NCBI GenBank assembly: GCA_949282745.1
Contig: CASDQM010000042.1
Span: 322 to 64,321 of the forward strand
DNA length: 64,000 bases
Source: an uncultured Sutterella sp.
GTDB taxonomy: Bacteria; Pseudomonadota; Gammaproteobacteria; Burkholderiales; Burkholderiaceae_F
Direction: 5' to 3'
Of this stretch, positions 9,398-19,280 are shown piece after piece (position 1 is the first letter of the stretch; every line of letters starts with the position of its first letter). The notes under the pieces were generated by a model, which saw only the letters and a program-made list of their open reading frames with translations, made no database searches and had not been told where the DNA came from. Made by a program: the position numbers and the translations under genes.

Positions 9398-9501
9398 TTA
9401 TCTAAAGAGATCAGCAGGACCCTTGTGTTCGATTTCCGCTGTCCGATGTACGGTCGCTATGGTGACGAAGAATCGGCGGAAGCCGAGGGCGTTCGGAGCG
9501 C

Positions 9502-9534
9502 AAAAAAGCGGAGAGGGCGTGTACCCCCTCCGCT
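9502..9534 (-). terminator. Intrinsic terminator after pepT
   Basis: agcggag...ctccgct stem followed by a T-run on the minus strand. Confidence 0.5.
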
Positions 9535-9566
9535 CTTCAGAGATTCAGACGCTTGTCGTCAATGAC

Positions 9567-10841
9567 TCAAGCCTTGGCCGGCACCTCGGCCGAGAGCTTC
9601 GCGATTTCCACCGCCACGTCACGGGCCTTGCAGAGCGACGGAATCGGCAGGCACTCGTAGATGCCGTGGTAGTTGAGTCCGCCCGTAAAGAGATTGGGCG
9701 TGGGGAGTCCCCGCGCCGAGAGACGGGCGCCGTCCGTGCCGCCGCGAACAGGAGGTTCTTCAATCGTGAGTCCCGCGCGGCGATACGCTTCTCGCGCCAC
9801 CTCGAGGACTTCGGGGAAGGCTTCGAGGTAGGGACGCATGTTTTCGTAGGCGCCGCGGATTTCGATCGTGACCTTGGCCTTCGGAACCTCGCGGTTGAAG
9901 GTTTCGACGAGGTCGCGAAGGAGCGTCTTCTTCTCTTCGTACTTCGTCTTGTCGTGGTCGCGGATAAGGATGTTGACCGAAGCGCCCGTGACGGTTCCCG
10001 ACGCGCGGTTGGGGTGCAGGAAGCCTTCATAGCCTTCCGTGCATTCGGGACTCATCTCGGCGGGAAGTTCTTCGATGAACTTCGCGAGGTGACGCAGGGC
10101 GTTCACCATCTTGCCCTTCGATGAACCCGGGTGCACGCCCACGCCTTCAAAGCGCACGACGGCCGTGCCGGCGTTGAAGTTTTCACTCTCCAACAACCCC
10201 ACGTCTCCGCCGTCAAAGGTGTAGGCGTAGTCCGCGCCAAAGGCGGGAATGTCGAAGTTTTCCGTCCCGCGCGAGACCTCTTCGTCGGGCGTGAAGGCGA
10301 CGGCGATTTTGGCGTGCGGAATTTCAGGGTGCGCATGGAGGTGTTCGAGCATGCCCATGATCGCGGCGATGCCCGCCTTGTCGTCGGCCCCGAGAAGGGT
10401 CGTGCCGTCCGTGAAGATCACGTCCTCGCCCGTGTGGCGAAGAATGTCGGGGAAGCGCTCGACCGGGTAGACGATGCCGCGCTCGGCATTGAGAACGACG
10501 TCCTTGCCTTCAAAGCGCAGGATCTGCGGACGGATGTTTTCGCCCGGAGCGTCGGGCGAAGTGTCCATGTGCGCGACGAACCCGACGGCGGGTTTGTCTT
10601 CCGCACCCTGGGTTGCGGGCAGTTCGCCGTAGACGACGCCGCCCCGGCGCACGCGGGCGTTTTGGGCGCCGAGCATCTGCAGTTCCTTGCAAAGCGCTTC
10701 AGCGAGGACGAGCTGTCCTGGGGTGGACGGAGCCGTTTGGCTTTCGCGCGAAGAAGTGGTGGGGAAGGAAACGTAGCGGAGGAATCGCTCGACGAGCGAA
10801 CGGTCGGCGGGGCTGAGGGCCGCGAGATGGTTTTCGGTCAT
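9567..10841 (-). CDS. pepT: Peptidase T (tripeptide aminopeptidase, M20B); start re-called at MTENHL
   Basis: LVERFLRYV, PSTPGQ, GFVAHMDTSPD, LLGADDKAG, FTPDEE, GGTDGA and PNLFTGG. Confidence 0.95.
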   Translation of the reverse strand: MTENHLAALSPADRSLVERFLRYVSFPTTSSRESQTAPSTPGQLVLAEALCKELQMLGAQNARVRRGGVVYGELPATQGAEDKPAVGFVAHMDTSPDAPGENIRPQILRFEGKDVVLNAERGIVYPVERFPDILRHTGEDVIFTDGTTLLGADDKAGIAAIMGMLEHLHAHPEIPHAKIAVAFTPDEEVSRGTENFDIPAFGADYAYTFDGGDVGLLESENFNAGTAVVRFEGVGVHPGSSKGKMVNALRHLAKFIEELPAEMSPECTEGYEGFLHPNRASGTVTGASVNILIRDHDKTKYEEKKTLLRDLVETFNREVPKAKVTIEIRGAYENMRPYLEAFPEVLEVAREAYRRAGLTIEEPPVRGGTDGARLSARGLPTPNLFTGGLNYHGIYECLPIPSLCKARDVAVEIAKLSAEVPAKA

Positions 10842-10922
10842 GACGGTCTCAAGAAGAAGGGAAAAAGAGCTTGCAAAAAGGGCTCCGCCCGAGCGGAGCC
10901 CCGATAAATGTCCGAGTCGCAA

Positions 10923-11753
10923 TCAGAAGTGATCAGGTTTTTTCCAACCCTTCACGAAGGCGGGCGGTTCGCGCGTGCCGGCGCTCACCGTGAGGACGTC
11001 GTAACCCGTTTCGGTGACGACGACCATGTGTTCCCACTGAGCGGAGAGCGACCGGTCCTTCGTCACGACGGTCCAGCCGTCGCCCAGCATCGTCACGCCG
11101 TAGCGTCCGGCGTTCACCATGGGTTCGACCGTGAAGACCATGCCCGGAAGGAGTTCGGGACCGGGTTTGTGCGTGTCGTAGTGGTAGACGAAGGGCTCTT
11201 CGTGGAATTTCTTGCCGATCCCGTGTCCGCCGTAGTCGTGCACGACGGAGACGCCGTTCTTGCGCACGAACTCTTCGCAGGCGACGCCGATGTCGTTGAA
11301 GTGTCCGCCCGGACGCACGGCGTCGATCCCGGCCCACATCGTTTCAAAGGCGAGGTCGACGAGGCGCTTGCCGGCGATCGTGGGCTTGCCGACCACGAAC
11401 ATGCGGGAGGTGTCGCCGTGGTAGCCGTTCTTGATGCTCGTGACGTCGATGTTGACGATGTCGCCCTGCTTCAGTTTCTTCGTCTTCGAAGGAATGCCGT
11501 GGCAGACGACGTGGTTGATCGAAATGCAGCTCGTCGCGGGGTAGGGCGTCATGCCGGGCGGCTGATAGCCCAGGCACGCCGGAATGCACTGCTGTACGTT
11601 CACGGTGTAGTCGTGAAGGAGTTCGTCGAGTTCGCCCGTCGTGACGCCGGGCTTCACAAAGGGCGTGATGTAGTCGAGAAGCTCCGAAGCGAGGCGTCCG
11701 GCAATACGCAGACCCTCGATGTCTTCGGGCGTTTTGATGGTGATTTTGGCCAT
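10923..11753 (-). CDS. map: Methionine aminopeptidase type I
   Basis: CISINHVVCHGIP, GDIVNIDVT, HGDTSRMF, GHGIG, FTVEPMVN and SAQWEH. Confidence 0.97.
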   Translation of the reverse strand: MAKITIKTPEDIEGLRIAGRLASELLDYITPFVKPGVTTGELDELLHDYTVNVQQCIPACLGYQPPGMTPYPATSCISINHVVCHGIPSKTKKLKQGDIVNIDVTSIKNGYHGDTSRMFVVGKPTIAGKRLVDLAFETMWAGIDAVRPGGHFNDIGVACEEFVRKNGVSVVHDYGGHGIGKKFHEEPFVYHYDTHKPGPELLPGMVFTVEPMVNAGRYGVTMLGDGWTVVTKDRSLSAQWEHMVVVTETGYDVLTVSAGTREPPAFVKGWKKPDHF

Positions 11754-11885
11754 TGATGGGTGCCTATATAAGAAAGTGTCTCAATGATAGCCCATCGGGG
11801 CGATGAGGCAGGCCGCCGACCCTGGAAAGCGAAACGGGACGGCGCCCGAAGAAGCCGTCCCGTCGGGGAGTGGTTTCGCCTGTGG

Positions 11886-13412
11886 TCAGACGGGGAGGAT
11901 GCCGTTTCCGAGGAAGTAGGAGCAGCCCACGCCGATGAAGATGGCGAAGATGTTGAGGATGAAGCCCGCCTTGATCATGTCCCCGATCTTGAGGCGACCC
12001 GTCCCGAAGACAATCGCGTTCGGGGGCGTGCCGACCGGCATCATGAAGGCGGCCGAGGCGCCGATCACGGTCGCAAAGAGCGGACCCTCCGCGCTGATCT
12101 TGAGCGTGTCGCACACCGCCGCGATGAGCGGCATGATGGTCGCGGCAAGCGCCGTGTTCGACGTGACTTCGGAAGCGAAGGTCGTCAAGGCCGAGACGCC
12201 GAGCATCATCGAGAAGCGGCTCGCACCCGCGAAGACCGAAGCCTGCGCGCCGATGAGGTCGGCCAGGCCCGTCGCCTGAATCGCCGCAGCCATCGTGAGG
12301 CCGCCTCCGAAAAGAAGGAGCACGTCCCAGGCGACGACGTCCTTCGTCGAATCCCAGTCGAGGGCGTGGACGCCGCGCTTGATGTCGATCGGGATCATGA
12401 AGAGAAGGAGACCCGCGCCCATGGCAATCGCTTCGTCGGAGAGGGCCTTGAAGGGACGCACGCCGTCGATTTCAAAGCCGCGCACGAGCGGACCGCACAT
12501 CCAGAGAAGGGCCGCGAGGGCAAAGACCGTGAGGACGACCTTTTCACCCGCCGACATGGGGCCGAGCTTGGCGATTTCGCCCTTCACCCATTCCTTGCCG
12601 CCCGGAATGCCCGTGAGCTTCGTGCGGAAAAGGAGCTTCGTAAGAACGAAGTAGGTGGCCGGGAGCAGGAGGAGCGTCACCGGAAGCGACACGCGCATCC
12701 ACGCGAGGAACGACACCGGTTGGCCGTAGCGGTCTTCGACGAAGCGCGCGAAGATGCCGTTCGGGGGCGAACCCACGAGGGTCGCAAGACCGCCTATCGA
12801 GGCCGCGTAGGCGATCGCGAGGAGCACCGCGATCGCGAAGTTGTTTTCGTCCTTCGAGGGCGTTTCGGAATTCTGCGTCGAGCGCACGACGCCGATCACG
12901 GCGATCGCGATCGGAACCATCATGGCGGCCGTGGCGGTGTTCGACACCCAGGCCGAGATGAAGGCGGTCGAGAGCATCAGACCGAGAACCATCTGATTGG
13001 GCTTCGTGCCGAAGAGCGAGATCGTGTAGAGCGCGATCCGTCGGTCGAGGCGCCAGCGGTGAATGGCCGCGGCAAGGAGGAAGCCCCCAAGGAAGAGGAA
13101 GATCGTTCCCGAGGCGTAGTGCTTCATCGTTGCGCCCGCCGTCGCGATTTCCAAAATCGGATAGAGCACGAGCGGCAGCATGGCCGTCACGGCGATCGGG
13201 AGGGCTTCGGTAAACCACCAGACGGCCATGAGGACCGTCACGGCGGCGCAGGCCTTGCCGGCGTGCGCGAAGGCGACCGTCTCGCCCGAGGCGTTGACGA
13301 ACTGGTCGGGCATGAGCCAATACGTAAGAAAGGCCAACACGGGACCCGCGATCAAGGCCCATGCTTTCTTGCTGTTCGGCATGACTTCGATGTCGAGTTG
13401 CGAACGTGGCAT
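11886..13412 (-). CDS. SLC13/DASS-family Na+/dicarboxylate (or sulfate) symporter
   Basis: Many TM segments, the two SNT motifs (WVSNTATAAMMVP, VTSNTALAA) and MMPVGTPPNAIVFG. Confidence 0.9.
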   Translation of the reverse strand: MPRSQLDIEVMPNSKKAWALIAGPVLAFLTYWLMPDQFVNASGETVAFAHAGKACAAVTVLMAVWWFTEALPIAVTAMLPLVLYPILEIATAGATMKHYASGTIFLFLGGFLLAAAIHRWRLDRRIALYTISLFGTKPNQMVLGLMLSTAFISAWVSNTATAAMMVPIAIAVIGVVRSTQNSETPSKDENNFAIAVLLAIAYAASIGGLATLVGSPPNGIFARFVEDRYGQPVSFLAWMRVSLPVTLLLLPATYFVLTKLLFRTKLTGIPGGKEWVKGEIAKLGPMSAGEKVVLTVFALAALLWMCGPLVRGFEIDGVRPFKALSDEAIAMGAGLLLFMIPIDIKRGVHALDWDSTKDVVAWDVLLLFGGGLTMAAAIQATGLADLIGAQASVFAGASRFSMMLGVSALTTFASEVTSNTALAATIMPLIAAVCDTLKISAEGPLFATVIGASAAFMMPVGTPPNAIVFGTGRLKIGDMIKAGFILNIFAIFIGVGCSYFLGNGILPV

Positions 13413-13655
13413 GAGTCGTTCTCCTAGTCAGTAAGTTTTTCCAACCGTATGCGTGCGGTTCCTCTTTGTAAAGACGCATGCAAACCGTAACCTATGTCAA
13501 ACATAATGCCAAAAAATTGGAAAAACCCGTGGGCAAACCCGCGACTTTTTGCGTTTTTTCGGCCGTCTAGGTCGTTTGGCGGAGGAGAGCGGAAGGGGTC
13601 TAGGGGACTGCGGCAGAGGCCCGCGCGAAAGTTCGAAAAAATCAAGGGGTTCGAC

Positions 13656-13684
13656 TTGCGTGCGGCCTTCGCCCCTGATATGAT
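13656..13684 (+). promoter_or_regulatory. Sigma70 promoter of rpsB-tsf
   Basis: TTGCGT-N17-TATGAT with an extended -10 TG and a GC-rich discriminator (tgcgcc). Confidence 0.6.
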
Positions 13685-13774
13685 TGCGCCGTCCCGCGGA
13701 GTCCTCTCTTTCGCGAGACTTTTTTTCTTTTCAATCATCACTGCGGTACGCCGGACACAGCGTTCGACGGCCGC

Positions 13775-13860
13775 GAATCGCACGCGTCCCGCACCCGAGG
13801 TGGCGCCTCTTCTAAGAAGAACGGCGTTAGCCAGCGGACGCGTAAGACACAACCTTGGAG
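13775..13860 (+). ncRNA. Probable rpsB 5' leader (S2 autoregulatory / t44-like element)
   Basis: Located 5' of rpsB with a paired cgcacgcgtcc...ggacgcgt stem enclosing further hairpins. Assigned by position and general resemblance; not verified with a covariance model. Confidence 0.4.
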
Positions 13861-13869
13861 AAATTTCAA

Positions 13870-14622
13870 ATGATCAGCATGCGCGATATGCTCGAAGCCG
13901 GTTGCCACTTCGGCCACCAGACCCGTTTCTGGAACCCCAAGATGGCCCAGTACATCTTCGGCGCCCGCAACAAGATTCACATCATCAACCTCGAAAAGAC
14001 GGTCGTCAAGTTTGAAGAAGCCTGCAAGTTCGCCCGCGAACTTTCGGCCCGCGGCGGCAAGATCCTTTTCGTGGACGCCAAGCGCGGTGGTCGTGAAATC
14101 ATCGCCGAAGAAGCGCAGCGCGCCGGTTGCGCCTGGGTTGACCAGCGCTGGCTCGGCGGCACGCTCACGAACTTCAAGACGGTCAAGGGCACGATCAAGC
14201 GTCTGAAGGACATGGAACAGCAGTTGGCTGACGGCACGGCCGCCACGCTCACGAAGAAGGAAGCTCTGGACTTCTCCCGCAACGTCGAAAAGCTCAACAA
14301 GTCGATCGGCGGCATCAAGGAAATGACGGGTCTTCCCGACGCTCTCTTCGTCGTGGACGTCGGCTACCACAAGATCGCCATTCAGGAAGCCAACAAGCTC
14401 GGCATCCCCGTCATCGGCGTGGTCGACACGAACCACTCGCCCGACGGCATCGACTACGTGATCCCGGGCAATGACGACGCCAGCAAGGCCGTCGCCATCT
14501 ACGCCAAGGGCATCGCCGACGCTGTCATCGCCGGCCGCAACGACAGCCTCGAAGAAGTCGTTGAAGCCGCCAAGGACGAAGAATTCGTCGAAGTGGCCGC
14601 CGAAGAAACGCCCGCCGCCTAA
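13870..14622 (+). CDS. rpsB: 30S ribosomal protein S2 (start re-called at ATG 13870 after GGAG)
   Basis: [29 protein letters not shown] and IPGNDDA. Confidence 0.99.
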   Translation: MISMRDMLEAGCHFGHQTRFWNPKMAQYIFGARNKIHIINLEKTVVKFEEACKFARELSARGGKILFVDAKRGGREIIAEEAQRAGCAWVDQRWLGGTLTNFKTVKGTIKRLKDMEQQLADGTAATLTKKEALDFSRNVEKLNKSIGGIKEMTGLPDALFVVDVGYHKIAIQEANKLGIPVIGVVDTNHSPDGIDYVIPGNDDASKAVAIYAKGIADAVIAGRNDSLEEVVEAAKDEEFVEVAAEETPAA

Positions 14623-14729
14623 TGTCCCCTGTCCCTGCGCCCTTCTCGGGACGCAGGGCTTCGAACTTTATTCGTCGCCCGTTGACTTTTTCTGACGGGC
14701 GCGTTTTTCACCTACTCTAGGAGTAAAGA

Positions 14730-15617
14730 ATGGCTGCTATTTCCGCCGCGATGGTCAAGGAATTGCGTCTGAAGACCGACGCGCCGATGATGGAATGCAA
14801 GAAGGCCCTTACGGAAGCCGACGGCGACATGGCCAAGGCTGAAGAAATCCTTCGCGTCAAGCTCGGCAACAAGGCCACGAAGGCCGCTTCGCGCATCACC
14901 GCCGAAGGCGTCGTCGCCGTCTACATCTCGGAAGACCGCAAGGTCGGTGCCATCCTCGAAGTGAACTCCGAAACGGACTTCGTCGCGAAGAACCCCGAAT
15001 TCATTCAGATGGCCAAGGATGCCGTCCGCCTCGTCGCCGAACAGAACCCGGCCGACGTCGCCGCCCTCGGCGAACTCGCCCTCGGCGACAAGACGCTCGA
15101 AGCCGTCCGTACGGCTCTCGTCGGCAAGATCGGCGAAAACATGACCTTCCGCCGCTTCACGCGCGTTGAAGCCAAGGGTCTGCTCTCCTCCTACGTCCAC
15201 GGCAGCAAGATCGGCGTCATCGTCGACGTCACGGGCGGTGCCGACGAAGTCGCTCACGACATCGCCATGCACATCGCCGCTTCCAAGCCGAAGGCTCTGA
15301 ACGAAGAAGGCATCGCCGCCGAAGCCATCGAAACGGAACGCCGCGTCGCCATCGAAAAGGCCCGCGAAGCCGGCAAGCCCGAAGCCATGCTCGAACGCAT
15401 CGCCGAAGGTTCGGTCAAGAAGTTCCTGAAGGAAGTCACCCTCTTGAACCAGCCCTTCGTCAAGGACGACAAGAAGACGGTCGGCGAACTCTTGAAGCAG
15501 AACGACGCCGTCGTCAACGCCTACACGCTCTACGTCGTGGGCGAAGGCCTTGAAAAGCGCAACGACGACTTCGCCGCCGAAGTGGCCGCGCAGGTCGCCG
15601 CCGCCAAGCAGGCGTAA
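14730..15617 (+). CDS. tsf: Elongation factor Ts
   Basis: MVKELR...[26 protein letters not shown] and position after rpsB. Confidence 0.99.
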   Translation: MAAISAAMVKELRLKTDAPMMECKKALTEADGDMAKAEEILRVKLGNKATKAASRITAEGVVAVYISEDRKVGAILEVNSETDFVAKNPEFIQMAKDAVRLVAEQNPADVAALGELALGDKTLEAVRTALVGKIGENMTFRRFTRVEAKGLLSSYVHGSKIGVIVDVTGGADEVAHDIAMHIAASKPKALNEEGIAAEAIETERRVAIEKAREAGKPEAMLERIAEGSVKKFLKEVTLLNQPFVKDDKKTVGELLKQNDAVVNAYTLYVVGEGLEKRNDDFAAEVAAQVAAAKQA

Positions 15618-15662
15618 TTCGGATTCGTCCGACGGGCGTTCTTCGGGACGCCCTGCACCAAC

Positions 15663-15700
15663 AAAAAACTCCGACGGGTTTCGGCCCTTCGGAGTTTTTT
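15663..15700. terminator. Bidirectional intrinsic terminator between tsf and the AKR gene
   Basis: aaaaaactccga...tcggagtttttt. Confidence 0.75.
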
Positions 15701-15723
15701 GTTGCCTGTGAAAATCTTTGTCG

Positions 15724-16578
15724 TCAGAAACTCACCGTGTCGGGGTGCAGACCCGAGAAGCCCGTGACGGGAAGGTTCGAGAGCGTGCGGATTTCCTCTT
15801 CGTCGAGCGTGAACTGAAAGACGTTGAGGTTTTCCTTGAAGTGAAGCGTCTGGTGCGAGCGCGGAATCGTGGGGATTCCCTGATCGAGGCACCAGCGGAT
15901 CAGGACCTGCGCCGGCGTTGCGCTGTGGCGTCCGGCGATTTCGCGCACGACGGGATTGTCGAGGAGCTGTCCGCGCCCGAAGGGCCCCCAGGACTGCACG
16001 ACGATCCCCGCGCGGCGGCAGAAGTTGACGGCGTGCGCCTGCGGGTAACCCGCGTGAATCTCGAGCTGATTGATCATGGGCGCCACGCGGGCGCGGGAGA
16101 GAAGCGGCACGAGGTGATGCGGGAGGAAGTTCGAGACACCGATCGCGTGCACGACGCCCGCTTCGTAGAGGTCTTCGAAGGCGCGCCAGGTCCCAGCGTT
16201 GCGGCTCTGCCAAAGCAGGGCGTCGCCGTGGGCCGAGGGCCAGTGAATGAGGAGCGCGTCGAGGTAGCTCGTGCGGAATTCCGTAAGGAGCGTCTTCACC
16301 GCCTCGATCGTGTCTTCGTACGAGTGGTGCGTCACCCAGATTTTGGAGGTGAGGAAAAAGGCTTCGCGAGGAATGCCGCAGTGAGCGATCGCTTCGCCGA
16401 GAAACGCTGCGTTGTTGTAGATCTGTGCCGAGTCAAAAGACCGGTACCCCGCTTCGATCGCGGTCGTGAGAATGCGGTTCGCCTCTTCGGGATTCGTGAG
16501 GTGCCAGGTGCCGAAACTCAGTCCCGGCAGCCCCGTCCCGTTCTTGAGCGCAATGCCGCTGTGGGGATGATTGAGCAC
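15724..16578 (-). CDS. Aldo/keto reductase (AKR5 / 2,5-DKG reductase-like)
   Basis: Catalytic tetrad in DSAQIY, TSKIW and LIHWP, plus IGVSNF, NQLE and QVLIRW. Confidence 0.93.
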   Translation of the reverse strand: MLNHPHSGIALKNGTGLPGLSFGTWHLTNPEEANRILTTAIEAGYRSFDSAQIYNNAAFLGEAIAHCGIPREAFFLTSKIWVTHHSYEDTIEAVKTLLTEFRTSYLDALLIHWPSAHGDALLWQSRNAGTWRAFEDLYEAGVVHAIGVSNFLPHHLVPLLSRARVAPMINQLEIHAGYPQAHAVNFCRRAGIVVQSWGPFGRGQLLDNPVVREIAGRHSATPAQVLIRWCLDQGIPTIPRSHQTLHFKENLNVFQFTLDEEEIRTLSNLPVTGFSGLHPDTVSF

Positions 16579-16668
16579 GATGAAGTTCCGTTTGTTTTTC
16601 TATTTGCGCAATGTTAGCAAAGCCCAAAACTTTGCGTTAGCGCAAGGTCGGAAAAGTTTTTCCGAACG

Positions 16669-16697
16669 TTCTGTCACCGTAAGGCTACGCGTATAAT
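16669..16697 (+). promoter_or_regulatory. Possible sigma70 promoter for the 16898 gene
   Basis: Perfect TATAAT at 16692-16697 with only a weak -35. Confidence 0.35.
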
Positions 16698-16897
16698 GTC
16701 GACTTCCCCGGAATTTTTCGCTTTCCTTTCGGGGCGAACCCCATCCGATCGGTCTCGAAGGGGCCGTAGCCGCCCGGAAAAATCTTTTCTTTCCGGCGTC
16801 GGGCGTCACCCGTGAAAAGGAAAGCGAAAGGACAAACCCTGAAGCGCGCAGGCGCGATGAAGAAAGAGGCCGTAAGGCCCGATGCGGAGTTAGACAA

Positions 16898-18238
16898 ATG
16901 GAGAATGACATTCTCACGTGGGCCCTCCTCGGTATGGGGGTGCTCGGTTTCGGCGCGGGCGCCGTCTGGCAGACGATTCGCAGAAAGCCCGCGAAGGCTC
17001 CGCGCCGCGTCGAGCGCGTGGCGGCCCGTGCGGCGGCCCCCGAAAAGCGCCCCGCGGCTCCCGAACCCGTGCGCGAACCCGAAGCGGGCGTCCTTCGTCC
17101 GACGATGCTCGCCGTCACGCCCGTGGCGGGCGACGTCACGGCGGCGGAACTCTTCCTGCAGCGCGCCCACGAGGGCGACCTTCCCTTCTACCGCGAACTC
17201 GAGGTCGACTTCCACGACCTCAAGGGCGTCTCGGCGCTCTTTTCGCGCTGTCCGGCGCTCGAGTGGACGCCCGAGGACGACTGGGCCCACGACGTCTACA
17301 CGGTGAGCTTCTCTCCCGTCGTCACGACCGCCTGGGCGGCGGGCCACATGCCGCGCGTCAACGCCACGGCCATGGACCTGCAGATCATCGCCTTGGGCGA
17401 CGCGGGCGTGCAGCTCGGCACCCCCATGGGCGTGGCCGATCACGAGTGGGGCGATGCGGGCCGAATTCAGACGCTTTGGGAACTCATGAATCCCGCCGAG
17501 AGCGAACACGTGCTCGCGGGGGAACTCAAGGCCGAAATCGAAGAGATCGACCGTCGCCTCCCGAAGGTGAAGCTCATGACGAGCGCGTTGGGCGGACACG
17601 AATGGACGGAACGCCGCGACGAACTCTTTGACTGCGCCCGCGACGCCAACCGCCTCGGCGCCGAAGAGGGCCGGGCCGTCGACCGCGTGGCGCGCATCGA
17701 GGCGCTCGCGAAATTCATGCGCGCGAAAAACGACGAAATCGACAAAACGCTCGACGAACTCGCCGACGGCATGAAGACGGCCAAGGACGCCGACGAAGCG
17801 CTCACGAAGGCGATTCCGCTCGCCTACGAGCGCGAACTCTCGGTACTCTTCCTGCGCGCCATCGCGCTCCTTCGCGTGATCGTGGGCGATGACTACTGCC
17901 ACGGCATGCGCTGCTCGAACCACATCGCGCTCAACGTCAAAAACTTCCCCGACATGCACCGGCTTCTCGATCGGGCGCGCCACCTCGCGCTTGACGCCCT
18001 CACGAACGAAAGCCGGGGCCTCAACGACGCGGAATTGAAGGCGCTCGGCGACGTCAAGAAGGACGCCGACCTCCTCGCCGCCGCGCACGACGAAGTCGTC
18101 GCGCGCCTCGAGAAGGACGTCGAGCGTCTGCAGACGGCGATCGACCGCCACCTCATCCTCCAGGGGCAGCCCCGGCGCTTCGCCGTTCGCCTCAACGAGC
18201 GGGGAAACCTCGAGGCCCTTCTCGTTTTGGAACATTGA
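16898..18238 (+). CDS. Hypothetical membrane-anchored protein with a helical/coiled-coil C-terminus
   Basis: One N-terminal TM (ILTWALLGMGVLGFGAGAVW), an Ala/Pro linker and host-like codon usage. No family recognised. Confidence 0.75.
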   Translation: MENDILTWALLGMGVLGFGAGAVWQTIRRKPAKAPRRVERVAARAAAPEKRPAAPEPVREPEAGVLRPTMLAVTPVAGDVTAAELFLQRAHEGDLPFYRELEVDFHDLKGVSALFSRCPALEWTPEDDWAHDVYTVSFSPVVTTAWAAGHMPRVNATAMDLQIIALGDAGVQLGTPMGVADHEWGDAGRIQTLWELMNPAESEHVLAGELKAEIEEIDRRLPKVKLMTSALGGHEWTERRDELFDCARDANRLGAEEGRAVDRVARIEALAKFMRAKNDEIDKTLDELADGMKTAKDADEALTKAIPLAYERELSVLFLRAIALLRVIVGDDYCHGMRCSNHIALNVKNFPDMHRLLDRARHLALDALTNESRGLNDAELKALGDVKKDADLLAAAHDEVVARLEKDVERLQTAIDRHLILQGQPRRFAVRLNERGNLEALLVLEH

Positions 18239-18437
18239 GGCTTCGCCGCCAGCCTGCTACACTTTTGCCACGAACCTTGACGTCGCGGCGCCCGAGGGGA
18301 TTTGTCGCGCGCGGGAAAACGCTGAGTTTTGCGCGCCCGAAAGTTTCCCGTAAGCGAAGCGCCGTACGCTTTTATAGACAAAACGCCGCGGAGGTTTCCC
18401 CGCCGGAAGCCTGCGCAGCCCCAACCGAAAGACACTC

Positions 18438-19244
18438 ATGGTCAACATTCATCCGACTGCCCGCATTCATCCCACTGCGCTTGTCGACGAACGCGCGACG
18501 ATCGGCCAAGACGTCGTCGTCGGGCCCTTTTGCTTCGTCGGCCCCGACGTGAAGATCGGAGACCGCACGGTTTTGCGCAGTCACGTGACGGTCGAAGGCC
18601 GCACGACGATCGGCACCGACAACGTCGTCTATCCCGGCGCCTGCATCGGCTGCGAACCGCAGGACAAGAAGTACGCCGGCGAAGACACGATCCTCATCGT
18701 GGGCGACCGCAACGTCATCCGCGAAAACTGCACGCTCTCGATCGGGACGGTGCAGGACGAGGGCGTCACCCGCGTGGGGAGCGACAACCTCTTCATGGCC
18801 AACGCCCACGTCGCGCACGACTGCCGCGTCGGAAACGGCACGATTCTCGCCAACAACGTGGCGCTGGCCGGGCACGTGACGCTCGAAGACTACGCCATCG
18901 TGGGCGGTCAGACGGGCGTGCATCAGTTCTGCCGCGTGGGCGCCCACGCGATGGTCGGGGGCGTCGCCGCGGTGACGCGCGACGTGCCGCCCTACGTCAT
19001 CTGCGCGGGAAACCCCTGCGTGCCGCACGGGCTCAATCTCGTGGGTCTTCGCCGTTCGGGCTTCAACGACGATCAGATGCGCGCGCTTCGCCGCGCCTAC
19101 GGGGCGCTCTACCGTGAAAACCTCACGGTGAAGGAGGCGCTCGAGAAAATCGAGGCGCTCAAGATCGAATACCCCGATGCGGCCGAAGTCCTCACGCACT
19201 TCGGCGAATTCGTCGCCGCGAGCACCCGCGGGCTGATCCGCTAA
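18438..19244 (+). CDS. lpxA: UDP-N-acetylglucosamine acyltransferase
   Basis: Hexapeptide repeats, PQDKKY, NVIRE, AHVAHDC and VHQFCRVG. Confidence 0.97.
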   Translation: MVNIHPTARIHPTALVDERATIGQDVVVGPFCFVGPDVKIGDRTVLRSHVTVEGRTTIGTDNVVYPGACIGCEPQDKKYAGEDTILIVGDRNVIRENCTLSIGTVQDEGVTRVGSDNLFMANAHVAHDCRVGNGTILANNVALAGHVTLEDYAIVGGQTGVHQFCRVGAHAMVGGVAAVTRDVPPYVICAGNPCVPHGLNLVGLRRSGFNDDQMRALRRAYGALYRENLTVKEALEKIEALKIEYPDAAEVLTHFGEFVAASTRGLIR

Positions 19245-19280
19245 GAACATTTCACCAACCCCTTTTCCAAGGACCGATTT

